Numbered from the stretch's first letter, positions 8,527-17,612 are shown. The stretch is 43,174 nt of DNA from Candidatus Woesearchaeota archaeon (GCA_016185635.1 JACPNF010000077.1:1-43174), one strand, 5' to 3'. A program made the numbers and translations. Notes: generated by a model not told the origin, from the sequence alone.

Positions 8527-9030
8527 TCATGTCTTCCCAGCATCCATCTTAGCTTCATAATCTACTAAATATTCAAGATAACCCTCTTTTTCTTGTTCAG
8601 CTTCTTCTTTAATTTTTTCATAGCTTAATTTTTTAATATTATAAATTGGAGAAGAATACTCCTTTTCTCTCCAAAATCTTTCTTTATGGGGAAAATATAG
8701 TGTAAAATTTCCCTCTTCTGTAACTTCTCCATCAGGGTTTCCATCAGAATAAGTAATATTGACTGGCATGTCTTTTTCGCTTCTTTCAAGATTATCCTTA
8801 AAAATGCCCTCATAAATTGAGAGCATTTCAAAGTAAGTTATAATTTTAGCAAATAATTCCTTTCTTTCTTTGGGAAAATTTAAATTTCTCAAGAGATATA
8901 AAGATTTTAATATTACTTTTTTCTTCAATGTCTTGATAGAATCTCTGTCAACACAGTCTAATAGCTTTAATCTTAATGCAAATATTTTCTCGCTTAAAGA
9001 ATCATTCATAATTTTTAAAAAACCATACAA
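8527..9030 (-). CDS. hypothetical protein
   Basis: 167-aa ORF with no motif recognised. Confidence 0.4.
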   Translation of the reverse strand: MYGFLKIMNDSLSEKIFALRLKLLDCVDRDSIKTLKKKVILKSLYLLRNLNFPKERKELFAKIITYFEMLSIYEGIFKDNLERSEKDMPVNITYSDGNPDGEVTEEGNFTLYFPHKERFWREKEYSSPIYNIKKLSYEKIKEEAEQEKEGYLEYLVDYEAKMDAGKT

Positions 9031-9208
9031 AAACTATAAAAGTTGCTGGTTGAGATAATCTTGAAATTTTCTTTATACTACCTTATATTATATTTAAGAA
9101 TATAAACCTTAGTTGCAGTATTTACTACAATTAGCATATCAAAATCATTTTTTAATAATCAAAATAGAAAATATGACAAACCAGTTATCTTCTTTTCATT
9201 TTGTAAGA

Positions 9209-9466
9209 TTATTCATGCAAGCATTTATGTCTTATTTGATTGCCATAGGAATTTACTACCTTTCTTTCACCAGCATAAGGGCATAATCCGCTAAAATCAT
9301 TATCATCCTCGCAAGGTATTATACTGCAATATGTATCCCAGCCATCTGTTTTTTTGTACGGTGAAGAATTAATTCGAAGCAATCTTAGGCATTCTCGTAT
9401 TATATTTACTAAGTCTTTTATTTCTTCTTTTTTCCTTATTATCTTTAACTTGTCTTCATCCATCAT
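9209..9466 (-). CDS. hypothetical Cys-rich small protein
   Basis: 85 aa with 5 Cys in the C-terminal half. Its start overlaps the stop of 9463-9885 by 4 nt. Confidence 0.45.
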   Translation of the reverse strand: MMDEDKLKIIRKKEEIKDLVNIIRECLRLLRINSSPYKKTDGWDTYCSIIPCEDDNDFSGLCPYAGERKVVNSYGNQIRHKCLHE

Positions 9467-9885
9467 TTTTTTGCTATAGGATACTGTTTTTTATCTGCAA
9501 AAGGCCCATATTTTTCTTCTGCAAGTTCATTTGCCCACATTTCAGTATAAAACTTTCTATCTTCTAAAAAATAACAGTTAAATATGCTTGGAAAAGCAAC
9601 AATAGGATAATAAAATATTCCAAGTTTTTTAAATTGTTCTACATGCCCGCTTTCATGTTTGTATAGATCATCGACTTCATCATTAAGCCCAAAGTCTTTA
9701 TTTTTACCCATGACTATAAAAGGTCCTGGAGTAAAAGAATAACCAGGAAAAAAGTCGGTAATAATAACTTTGTTTCCATAAACTTCTTCTATTCGAGCAT
9801 GATTTCTTACTTGGAAAAAAAAGCCACCTAATAAAATAGCTGAACTTAGTATAATTCTTTCAACTAATGATTTCCTTTTGGTCAT
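9463..9885 (-). CDS. putative membrane-anchored zinc metallopeptidase (HExxH)
   Basis: 140 aa with an N-terminal TM helix and an HESGH motif. It is the middle gene of a three-gene minus-strand unit. Confidence 0.45.
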   Translation of the reverse strand: MTKRKSLVERIILSSAILLGGFFFQVRNHARIEEVYGNKVIITDFFPGYSFTPGPFIVMGKNKDFGLNDEVDDLYKHESGHVEQFKKLGIFYYPIVAFPSIFNCYFLEDRKFYTEMWANELAEEKYGPFADKKQYPIAKK

Positions 9886-9903
9886 GATTAAAAATGATAT
9901 CCT

Positions 9904-10947
9904 TTAGTTAACTTTTCTGGTTTCTTTTTTTGCTATATCAAGCAAGTGGGTTAATTTGTTTTTTTCTGCTAATTCTAAAATCCCTGTTGCAAACCCATAT
10001 TTATTATCAAGATTTGGATACATGACACTATTAATGCCAGCTATTCTGAGAACACCGTCAACCATGACAGCACCAACTGATCCTCCACTCATTCCACTTG
10101 ATAATGTTGCCTCAATAAAAACCCTGTCTTTATTGTCAAATGGTAGTGGTTCCTTTCCTAGATTAGTTATAATTCCCTGGCTTACATGCTTGCCCCACGA
10201 AAAATCTATGATTCCAAATGGAGTCTTGTAAATAGCATGTGGATAACCTATGGCATAAACTTCTTGGCCAACCCTGAGCATATCTCTGTCTACAAAAAAG
10301 TTATATGGCTTGAATTCTTCTTCTGGCAGGTCAGTTCCTATTAAAATAGCTGCATCTTTATCATCGTCTTTTGCAAGCTGCCTTAACCTTGCAACTTTTA
10401 TTTCTTTTATTTTTTTATTTCCTTGAAAGTCCAAGAGAATTTTTCCGCATTTATTTTTTTCATATTCATACTTGACAATATAAACCTCCTGTTTGAAAGT
10501 AGTCTCTACTACCTTAATTAATCCGCTATAATTTTCAGAAATTTCAGTTTCATCATCTGGAAGGCAATGAGCAGCTGTTCCAAAATAGGATATTCTCCCA
10601 TCTCTTGCAAAATTAAATGCGCTTCCAAAAAGTACTCCCTGGGCATACCTGGATCCTATTTCAGTGCCATCTTTTGTCAATAGAGTTTGTTTCCTCGTAA
10701 TCTCATTTATTATTTTATAGTCAGCATTTACAAGTTTCTCCAACCCATCTAATTTTTTTTCTTCTGCGCTTAATTCTCCTGAAGCAACTGAAACAACATT
10801 GCAAAAATTATCTGGTTCTATTGCTACAGCATTTTCTCTTGGTTGGTGTTCTATAACCTTGTCATTAAGATCCTTCTTTAGTTTAGTGTAACTTCCGCAT
10901 CCCGCAGCTAGTGCGCCTGCCAGAACAAACTGATATAATCTTCTCAT
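9904..10947 (-). CDS. trypsin-like (S1/chymotrypsin-fold) serine protease, probable lipoprotein
   Basis: 347 aa with a lipobox-like N-terminus MRRLYQFVLAGALAAGCGS. Catalytic triad contexts are GTAAHCL (His), DKDAAIL (Asp) and SGMSGGS (Ser). Confidence 0.75.
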   Translation of the reverse strand: MRRLYQFVLAGALAAGCGSYTKLKKDLNDKVIEHQPRENAVAIEPDNFCNVVSVASGELSAEEKKLDGLEKLVNADYKIINEITRKQTLLTKDGTEIGSRYAQGVLFGSAFNFARDGRISYFGTAAHCLPDDETEISENYSGLIKVVETTFKQEVYIVKYEYEKNKCGKILLDFQGNKKIKEIKVARLRQLAKDDDKDAAILIGTDLPEEEFKPYNFFVDRDMLRVGQEVYAIGYPHAIYKTPFGIIDFSWGKHVSQGIITNLGKEPLPFDNKDRVFIEATLSSGMSGGSVGAVMVDGVLRIAGINSVMYPNLDNKYGFATGILELAEKNKLTHLLDIAKKETRKVN

Positions 10948-11233
10948 TAATTATTCCCCTCGAAAAAAAATTGAAGTATATTTAATGTAGATTTAATCAT
11001 TTTTTCATTATATATTATTGATTATTTATATTTAAATTAAGGTAGTAGTAAAAGCTACAACTGGCATCAATATCCTGTTTCTAAAGAAAAAAGTTATGCC
11101 CTCCTCCCAGCCATGAATTGCTGGGTTTCCAACAGAAGCAGCTAAATTAAGTACTGCTTCTGAATATAGTTCCTGCTTCATTGACACGAGCCTTTATAGT
11201 TTTTGGTGAAACTTTCTCAATATTTCTGTTTTC

Positions 11234-11275
11234 TTTTCCGAGGTTTTCTTTTTCAAAGAAAAGCTCAGGTCTTAC
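11234..11275. repeat. copy R1 (partial) of palindrome-cored repeat family
   Basis: TTTTCCGAGGTTTTCTTTTTC (11234-11254) is identical to 39161-39181. It is followed by the palindrome TTTTCTTT-TTC-AAAGAAAA. Confidence 0.6.
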
Positions 11276-11665
11276 AGTATCTCCAACAGGCGTTAAGTTC
11301 GGGCTCGTCCAGCCCTACTTTGAATATGTTTTTTGGATTAAGGTTTTTTGTTTTCTTGCCTATCGCTTGTTACAGCTTTGTATGGCAAGATTATTTTTAA
11401 TCCAATTAAGCTTAAATTGTTTTTCAGTTATTTAAGCTTTATTGTAATTCATCACTATTCAAGGAATATTTTCGGAAAGTTTGCGATTTCACCGGAAGAT
11501 TTCCGGAATTTATAAAAATATTACGAAAATTAATTACCCTAATTCATCCATATTAAACTTTTGAAAAAAGTTTAATCAAAAATAGATTAAAGAACATGGT
11601 TTTCTTGGGCACTGCTAATAAAAAATGCTTTAAAGACTTTAATAGCAGGGCTTGAAGAAATATGA

Positions 11666-12085
11666 TTATTTTTTATTTTGTTCTTTTTGTATCATTTCGT
11701 TTACTTCATTTGCAAGTTCCTCATTGTGAACACTTGCCTTGATTAATTGTTCTCTTACTTTTTCCATTGTTTTTGTAAGCTCTTCCATTTGGGTTTTTAT
11801 TAGATTACCAGCTTCGCTTAATTCCTTTTCAACTAAAACCCCGTTTCCAACATTCACAAGGACATTTTTATTGTCTAAAAGCCTGCTCGCAACATAAACT
11901 CCAGAGCCAAGAGAAGAAAACATTTCAGGCTCTTTGTTTGAATCCTTTATTTCCATTAAATTATTTTGCAAAGCTGCCAGTTCATTCAGCTGCCTTTGCA
12001 TAAGCATGTATTGCTCCTGGATTTGTTTTATCTGCTGGTTTAACAGCTGAAGTTCTATGTATTTTTTTTGTATTTCTTCTTTCAT
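11666..12085 (-). CDS. pfdA: prefoldin alpha subunit
   Basis: 139 aa: coiled coil, then central SLGSGVYVASRL...VNVGNGVLVEKELSEA, then coiled coil. Its start overlaps the upstream stop by 4 nt. Confidence 0.7.
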   Translation of the reverse strand: MKEEIQKKYIELQLLNQQIKQIQEQYMLMQRQLNELAALQNNLMEIKDSNKEPEMFSSLGSGVYVASRLLDNKNVLVNVGNGVLVEKELSEAGNLIKTQMEELTKTMEKVREQLIKASVHNEELANEVNEMIQKEQNKK

Positions 12086-12822
12086 TTTTTAGATTTCTTT
12101 GTTGTTTTTTTCTTTTCTTTTTTAGCTTGTTCTTTTTTCTTTGGGGTTTCCTTTTTTTCTTCCTTAGTCAAACTTTTCTCATTAGTTTTGTTCAAACTTT
12201 TCTCATTAGTTTTGCTGAAGCTTTTCCCAAAAGCTTCTTGTGATGGAGTATTTCTTTTTTTTGCTGGTTTTTCTTTTGTTGTTTTTTTCGTAGTTCTCTT
12301 TTTCTCAGTAACTCCATAACCAAGTGTAGTTAATTCTTTTTTGACATTTTCAGTGCTTTCATTTTTCTTTATTTTTATTGTCTTGTCTAGTGTTTCTAAA
12401 TGAAAAATATTGCATTTTCTTCTTTTTACATTTCCATCTATAAGAACAAAATTATTTCCTAATATATCAACAACAGCACAGGTTTTTCCAGCCTCTCTTC
12501 CTGCAGTTTTAATACATATCCTTCCAACTTCAAAAGAATATCTCTTTACATCACTGGTTTTTTTTATTATGATTTCTCTGCTGCAGTGACTGCATAAATT
12601 GCCACCATAAGGTCTCTCAACCCTTCTCTCAGTAAAAGATAAGTTTCTAAAAACAGCTGGTCTTTCCCTTGGAATTCCAATTAAAGCTATTCTGCACTTT
12701 CCGCACCTTGTGGACTTTGGTTTTCTTTTTAGGTAATGTATTACTACTCTTCCACCAGGTGTCTTGACCTTTACCCTTCTTAATCTTCTTGTTGCTTGCG
12801 GACTTATTGCCATTTTTATCAA
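12082..12822 (-). CDS. fusion of ribosomal proteins eL34 and eL14 with repeat-derived K/E-rich tail
   Basis: A single uninterrupted 246-aa ORF. The N-part RRLRRVKVKTPGGRVVIHYLKRKPKSTRCGKC...ERPYGGNLCSHC is eL34; residues from about 95, FEVGRICIKTAGREAGKTCAVVDILGNNFVLIDGN..VKRRKCNIFHLE, are eL14. The tail is ...QEAFGKSFSKTNEKSLNKTNEKSL.... Confidence 0.8.
   Translation of the reverse strand: MIKMAISPQATRRLRRVKVKTPGGRVVIHYLKRKPKSTRCGKCRIALIGIPRERPAVFRNLSFTERRVERPYGGNLCSHCSREIIIKKTSDVKRYSFEVGRICIKTAGREAGKTCAVVDILGNNFVLIDGNVKRRKCNIFHLETLDKTIKIKKNESTENVKKELTTLGYGVTEKKRTTKKTTKEKPAKKRNTPSQEAFGKSFSKTNEKSLNKTNEKSLTKEEKKETPKKKEQAKKEKKKTTKKSKK
12168..12250. repeat. copy R2 of repeat family (inside eL34/eL14 tail)
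   Basis: Two 24-nt modules are followed by the perfect palindrome GAAGCTTTT-CCC-AAAAGCTTC (12217-12237). Positions 12181-12226 match 17641-17686 with one mismatch. Confidence 0.8.
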
Positions 12823-12830
12823 ATCTTCTG

Positions 12831-13505
12831 TTACTTTTCTAAACCTCTCCCAAGAGCAAAACCACCCCTACCGTAGTTCCGGTAGCCACTGACACACAAC
12901 CTGCCATCAAAGCCACAGTAAGAATCCAAAGCTGAAACAGTTTTTGTAGGTCTATACACTTTAGCTAAAGTTATTACATAAGAGGCTTTCTTAAGAATAG
13001 AAGCAATTTCTGCAAGTTTTTCAGCTTCTTCTTCTCCTGCTTGGGCTATAACAAATTTATGTCTTGCAAGTTCTACAAGAGTTTGCTCTCCTTGCTTGAA
13101 ATCATTTAATGAAACAAACCTTACCTTTTGGTTTTCTCTTAATATTTTTTCCAAGTCAGGATTATTAATATCTATTTCATCAGCTTTAGTATGTGCGTCA
13201 TTTAAATAAAGACCATCAATTTCAGGAATGCCTATAACCTCAGTGAAAGCATAAAACCGGCTTTCTTTAAGTATTTCTATAAATCTTTCTTTAATTTCTT
13301 CAGAATGTCTACTGTTTTGTTTTAAGATATCATAACCTATTGAAATAGTCTCAGCCATAGTAACTCTTCTTAATCCTGATTGTTCTATTTCGTTTCCAAT
13401 ACTATGATAAGTTCCAGGACCAAAGGGAGGATATTTAAAAGTTAAAGTTCCATCTATAGGCCTTGCTTCCAGTTCTACTCTTTCATTTAAATTTGAGTTT
13501 ACCAT
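12831..13505 (-). CDS. hypothetical protein occupying the slot between DUF106 and eL34
   Basis: 224-aa ORF tightly packed in the operon. The C-terminus (...RLCVSGYRNYGRGGFALGRG) weakly recalls the C-termini of 24415-25248 and 26166-26990. Confidence 0.55.
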   Translation of the reverse strand: MVNSNLNERVELEARPIDGTLTFKYPPFGPGTYHSIGNEIEQSGLRRVTMAETISIGYDILKQNSRHSEEIKERFIEILKESRFYAFTEVIGIPEIDGLYLNDAHTKADEIDINNPDLEKILRENQKVRFVSLNDFKQGEQTLVELARHKFVIAQAGEEEAEKLAEIASILKKASYVITLAKVYRPTKTVSALDSYCGFDGRLCVSGYRNYGRGGFALGRGLEK

Positions 13506-13510
13506 TTTTT

Positions 13511-13978
13511 TTAATGTAGTTTCAAAACCTTCCTTAATATTAAGCTAAATATTAATGAGAACAAGATATATGTTCCCAGCCACCCTAGTCCCTTCCCTAT
13601 TAATGGGACTGAAAATGGTAATTGCAATATAATTTCGCTATTTTTAAATGTATTCCCCATCCACCGGAACACCAATAATAAAGGTAGTAAAGTAAATAAT
13701 GTTGGCCACATAGATTGTTTCATGTAATTTAAGCTGTTTTCCATTACTTTTTTCTGTATTTCCATAAGTTTATGTGGATCATCCTTAAATTCTTTCATTT
13801 CTTTTTTGAATTTCTCACCCTCTTCTTTAAGTTCTTTCATTAACTTCTGGTCAGAAAGAAATTTTATAGTTAAGTTTACTAATAAAGTTAGTAAAAAAGA
13901 GATTATTATTACTGTCCATGGATTTCCAAAGCTTATTGCCCATCCAAAGATGAAATTAAAAAATTTTTCAAGAACCAT
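13511..13978 (-). CDS. DUF106 / Oxa1-superfamily (EMC3/YidC-like) membrane protein
   Basis: 155 aa: TM, then a K/E coiled region (KELKEEGEKFKKEMKEFKDDPHKLMEIQKKVMENS), then TMs. It sits at the conserved position right after secY. Confidence 0.7.
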   Translation of the reverse strand: MVLEKFFNFIFGWAISFGNPWTVIIISFLLTLLVNLTIKFLSDQKLMKELKEEGEKFKKEMKEFKDDPHKLMEIQKKVMENSLNYMKQSMWPTLFTLLPLLLVFRWMGNTFKNSEIILQLPFSVPLIGKGLGWLGTYILFSLIFSLILRKVLKLH

Positions 13979-15370
13979 TTAGCCCATCATCCCCCTTAAG
14001 GCAGGATACATGTCTTCCATGTGCTGCCTTGAAATATCTTCATAAAGTCTGTAAATTATCATGACAGTTAAAAGCAAGCCTGTTCCGCTTGTAAGTGCCC
14101 CTAAAAGATCTGTCAAAGAAGCAAGCAATCCTACAAGAGCTCCCCCCATGATAGTTAAAGGAGATATATACCTTTGCAGTAATCTTTCTATAACTCTTGC
14201 ATCTCTCCTAAATCCAGGTATTTGCAGGCCAGAAGCCATTATCTGTTTTGCTTGTGCGCTTGCATCCATCCCGGAAGTTTGTACCCAGAAATAAGAAAAC
14301 ACTATAGCACCTATTACGAATATGACTATATAAATAAAAGACTGTAGCAAAAGAAAAGGCCTGAAGCTTCCACCTATTATTTCAGCTGGCAGGTTAGGTG
14401 CAAACAGCCATGAGATTAATCCAGATGAAGGTACATTACCTGCAAAAGTTCCTAATATAGGATAACCCCAGCCCTCAAGTAATCTTGCCCAAAGCTGTAC
14501 ATTTGCAAACAGAGCAGCAATTAATATAACTGGAATATTTGAAGTGTACATAAATTTCAAAGGCCATCTTATGCCTTGCCCTCTTATTCTTCCAAAACTT
14601 AATGGAATCTCAACCTTCATAGCTTGTGTATAAACGCTGATTGCAAATATTAGCACAGTAAAAAATATCAGCAAACCAGCAAGCAATCCTTCCTTGATAT
14701 TTCTTCCTAATAAAGAAAATATAAATACCCATATTTGTCCTACAGGGCTTTCACCTGAGCCAAGAGCCAAAGTTCCAGCTCTCGTCAATGGAGATAAAAT
14801 TCTTATGAATATTTGCGAAGAAACTCCTGCAGCTATAAACAAGCTTATCCCGCTTCCAAAGCCATACTTGTTCAGGACATCATCCATAAACATGATAAGC
14901 ATTCCACCAACAAACAACTGAATAATTAAAGCAAGCTGCAAAGCAAAGAAGTTTCCTCCTTGTACAGGAGCAAGTCCCCCCAAGATAACATAAATGACAG
15001 CCTCAAATATTATAAAACCTACAGACATTAATTTCTGGACACCCTGAAAATGCGCCCTTCCTTCTTTTGTTGTTGTGTCAAATTTTACTAATCCAGATCC
15101 TGTTAATAGCTGCAGTACAATGGAGGCAGTAACAATAGGCCCTATTCCCAAAGATATTAAGCTTCCAAAGCTTGCACCTAATATTATAGATAAAGATTCA
15201 AATTGTGACAATGCATTTTGCCCCAAGCCGTAAAGCGGCACAACACCTAAAATAAAAAAAGCAGATAAAATTATTAAAGTCCAAGTTAATTTTGTCTTGA
15301 AAGAAACATGTTTCTCGCTCGGGCCTTTTACTTCAGGCAGGTTATTTATTAATTGATTAAAAAAACTCAT
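13979..15370 (-). CDS. secY: preprotein translocase subunit SecY
   Basis: 463-aa polytopic protein following rpl15, with SecY-typical segments (LGIGPIVTASIVLQLL, FMYTSNIPVILIAAL). Confidence 0.95.
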   Translation of the reverse strand: MSFFNQLINNLPEVKGPSEKHVSFKTKLTWTLIILSAFFILGVVPLYGLGQNALSQFESLSIILGASFGSLISLGIGPIVTASIVLQLLTGSGLVKFDTTTKEGRAHFQGVQKLMSVGFIIFEAVIYVILGGLAPVQGGNFFALQLALIIQLFVGGMLIMFMDDVLNKYGFGSGISLFIAAGVSSQIFIRILSPLTRAGTLALGSGESPVGQIWVFIFSLLGRNIKEGLLAGLLIFFTVLIFAISVYTQAMKVEIPLSFGRIRGQGIRWPLKFMYTSNIPVILIAALFANVQLWARLLEGWGYPILGTFAGNVPSSGLISWLFAPNLPAEIIGGSFRPFLLLQSFIYIVIFVIGAIVFSYFWVQTSGMDASAQAKQIMASGLQIPGFRRDARVIERLLQRYISPLTIMGGALVGLLASLTDLLGALTSGTGLLLTVMIIYRLYEDISRQHMEDMYPALRGMMG

Positions 15371-15371
15371 T

Positions 15372-15782
15372 TTATCCAGTTAAGATCTGTCCGCCAGCTT
15401 TTTCAATCTTTTCTTTTGCCTGGCTGCTGAATTTTTCAATAATAATTTTAAATTTCCTGTCTATGTTTCCCTTGCCAAGCAATTTTCCATATCCTAATTT
15501 TTTTAAGTCTATATTTTCTTCTTTAAATTTGTTCAGCTCTCCCACATTTATTATTTTAACATCCTTGATTAATATTTGCGGCCTGTGAAATCCAGTTTTC
15601 CCAAAATAATCATGTCCGTATTCATGCAATATCATGGTTTTTCTGTGGTCTGATCTTTTTCCTGTTCCAGCCATTCCATAACCGCCGCGATTTCCTGAGT
15701 TTCTGTGCTTTTTATTGGCGCCCCACCCATGAGTTCTTAATCCTCTCTGCCTTGAATTTTTCTTTCTTTTGTTTACTGGCAT
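15372..15782 (-). CDS. rpl15: 50S ribosomal protein uL15
   Basis: RGLRTHGWGANKKHRNSGNRGGYGMAGTGKR, and its position between uL30 and secY. Confidence 0.9.
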   Translation of the reverse strand: MPVNKRKKNSRQRGLRTHGWGANKKHRNSGNRGGYGMAGTGKRSDHRKTMILHEYGHDYFGKTGFHRPQILIKDVKIINVGELNKFKEENIDLKKLGYGKLLGKGNIDRKFKIIIEKFSSQAKEKIEKAGGQILTG

Positions 15783-15783
15783 C

Positions 15784-16260
15784 TTAAATCATCCTCATTA
15801 AGAGCTCGTTTATTTTTTCCTTTCTGTATCCCAAAACTCCGCCCAAAGAAAAAGGCATTTTTGTTCCCTTTGTTTCAAACCCTCCTCTTGGAGGTGATAA
15901 TTTAAAGAAATTTTTCAGTCCAGGAATATCTTTTAATTCTTTTTTAAAACTCATGTATTCTTCAGCAAATTTATTAAAATCTAATTTTGTTTTGTTTTCA
16001 ATATATTCATTTGTTAATTTTTCCTTCTTTGTTATTTTTCCTCTTTTTTCTAGCAGTAACTTAAATGTATTATTATCTATTTCTCCCCAGGTAACATAAT
16101 TATTTATCTTCATTATCATCCCTAAATAATTTTTGGAAGAAGGCACAACAATGCATGTATACTTGTTATAAAGCCTCAGCATTTTTAATGTATCTTTTAT
16201 TTCTTTCTTTACTCCAATCTTTCCGCATATCCTCACAACTGCAATTCTTTTGTTTTCCAT
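15784..16260 (-). CDS. rpl30: 50S ribosomal protein uL30
   Basis: IAVVRICGKIGVKKEIKDTLKMLRLYNKYTCIVV, and operon position. Confidence 0.85.
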   Translation of the reverse strand: MENKRIAVVRICGKIGVKKEIKDTLKMLRLYNKYTCIVVPSSKNYLGMIMKINNYVTWGEIDNNTFKLLLEKRGKITKKEKLTNEYIENKTKLDFNKFAEEYMSFKKELKDIPGLKNFFKLSPPRGGFETKGTKMPFSLGGVLGYRKEKINELLMRMI

Positions 16261-16261
16261 A

Positions 16262-17080
16262 TTATACCATGCCTTCTACTATCCCTAAATTTCTTACATT
16301 TTCTTCCTTGATCTTTGTGGCATTTAATTCCTGAAGAGCATAAATGCATGCTTTTATTAGGTTTAATTTTGTCCTCGACATCCCAAAAGTGATTGAATGA
16401 ACATCTTTTATGCCTGCAAAGCTAAGTAATTTTGCACATTCTTTTTCTACTACAAGCCCAGTTCCTTTTGGTGCAGGTTTTAATACTACTATTACGCTTC
16501 CGCACTTTCCCTTTACTGAAAATGGTATTGAATGAGGGGCCTTGCAGTTGCATGCCCATGAGCCGCACCCTCTCCTTATCTTCATTATATTTAGCTTGGC
16601 TTTTCTTATTGATTTTTCTCTTGCTGGAACTGTTTCTTTTGCTTTGCCGTATCCTATCCCTATATAGCCGTTCTTGTTTCCTACAAATGCCAAGGCAGAA
16701 AACTTTGGTTTGTTGCCTTCAGCAGTTTTCTTTTGGGTTTGTCTCCATATTGACCTTTTTCCTCCGCCAAACTTTCCCTTGCTTTGCCCTACAGCTATAA
16801 ATTCAACTTCAAGAGTAGGCATAAGTTCATCAACAATCCGGGATTCCAGTATTTTTTTGCCATCATCAAGAATAACATCTATGTTTGTAATTTCTTTTGT
16901 CTTTACTTTTCTTCCTAACAATGTCTTTGGCTTCCAGTCGCTTTCTGTACTTTCCTCTTTAAGCAAAACTCCTTCTGGTTCTTCAGAAACTGCTTTTACT
17001 TCTTCAATTGCCAAAGCTTCCCCAGTACTTTCAAGCTTGCTTTTTTCAGCTTCTGGAAACTTTTTCTTTTCAACTGTCAT
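16262..17080 (-). CDS. rps5: 30S ribosomal protein uS5 (with an acidic N-terminal extension of about 50 aa)
   Basis: VGQSKGKFGGGKR...VGNKNGYIGIGYGKAKETVPA..KA, and operon position. Confidence 0.9.
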   Translation of the reverse strand: MTVEKKKFPEAEKSKLESTGEALAIEEVKAVSEEPEGVLLKEESTESDWKPKTLLGRKVKTKEITNIDVILDDGKKILESRIVDELMPTLEVEFIAVGQSKGKFGGGKRSIWRQTQKKTAEGNKPKFSALAFVGNKNGYIGIGYGKAKETVPAREKSIRKAKLNIMKIRRGCGSWACNCKAPHSIPFSVKGKCGSVIVVLKPAPKGTGLVVEKECAKLLSFAGIKDVHSITFGMSRTKLNLIKACIYALQELNATKIKEENVRNLGIVEGMV

Positions 17081-17081
17081 T

Positions 17082-17612
17082 TTATTTAACCCTTAAGATT
17101 TTGTCTTTAACCTCATTTAAATGCTTTCCTAAATTATTTATGTCTACTTTATAGCCTGTGAATTTCTTTCCTTTTTTTGCATATTCTACAATATGTTTTC
17201 CTAAAATTCTATCTTCGCTTGGAAGGACTTTCTTTTCATGAGGTATATCTAATCCCCCATCTAAAGCCCCTTTCAAAAAACCATAAGCTAAAGAACCTTT
17301 TACATTTCTGTATGCTCCTATATCAAGTATAGCTTCCTTAATACCATTGTTCTTTGCCTTTATTGCTATTAAAACTCCAAGCAAATATGAGCTCGGCAAA
17401 TTAGTTCTTGGTATTCCAAGATTATATTTTTTATCTAATTCAAAAGTTGTAGCTGTAACTAAGACCTTATCCCCATCATCATTATATTCTATGATCTGGG
17501 CATAAAAGTTTTTTAATGATTTTCTGAAAACTAATCTTAATTTTCTTGTCTTGACTAGCTTAAGCCTTTCTTTATAATCAGTATATCCTAATCTTTTTCT
17601 TTTGTACTGCAT
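17082..17612 (-). CDS. rpl18: 50S ribosomal protein uL18
   Basis: KRKRLGYTDYKERLKLVKTRKLRLVFRKSLKN.YAQII, and operon position. Confidence 0.9.
   Translation of the reverse strand: MQYKRKRLGYTDYKERLKLVKTRKLRLVFRKSLKNFYAQIIEYNDDGDKVLVTATTFELDKKYNLGIPRTNLPSSYLLGVLIAIKAKNNGIKEAILDIGAYRNVKGSLAYGFLKGALDGGLDIPHEKKVLPSEDRILGKHIVEYAKKGKKFTGYKVDINNLGKHLNEVKDKILRVK

Noticed and set aside
238-9058. Short antisense ORFs in the left flank: 238-549, 3066-3251, 4942-5160, 5450-5638, 5811-6005, 6992-7420, 7610-7915, 7923-8159, 8625-8831, 8870-9058, plus 9956-10231
   Set aside because: Each overlaps a longer ORF with recognisable domains or better composition on the opposite strand or frame.
11181-11435. 84-aa and 65-aa plus-strand ORFs in the large spacer
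   Set aside because: They have F/L/S-rich low-complexity translations running through repeat copy R1 and several hairpins, with a non-ATG start for the longer one. The region is treated as non-coding or ncRNA-candidate instead.
10948-11665. Assignment of the hairpin-rich spacer to RNase P RNA, SRP RNA or 5S rRNA
   Set aside because: I could not find the conserved signature strings I know for these RNAs, and the G+C content is lower than expected for structural RNAs in AT-rich archaea. It is left as an unassigned candidate.
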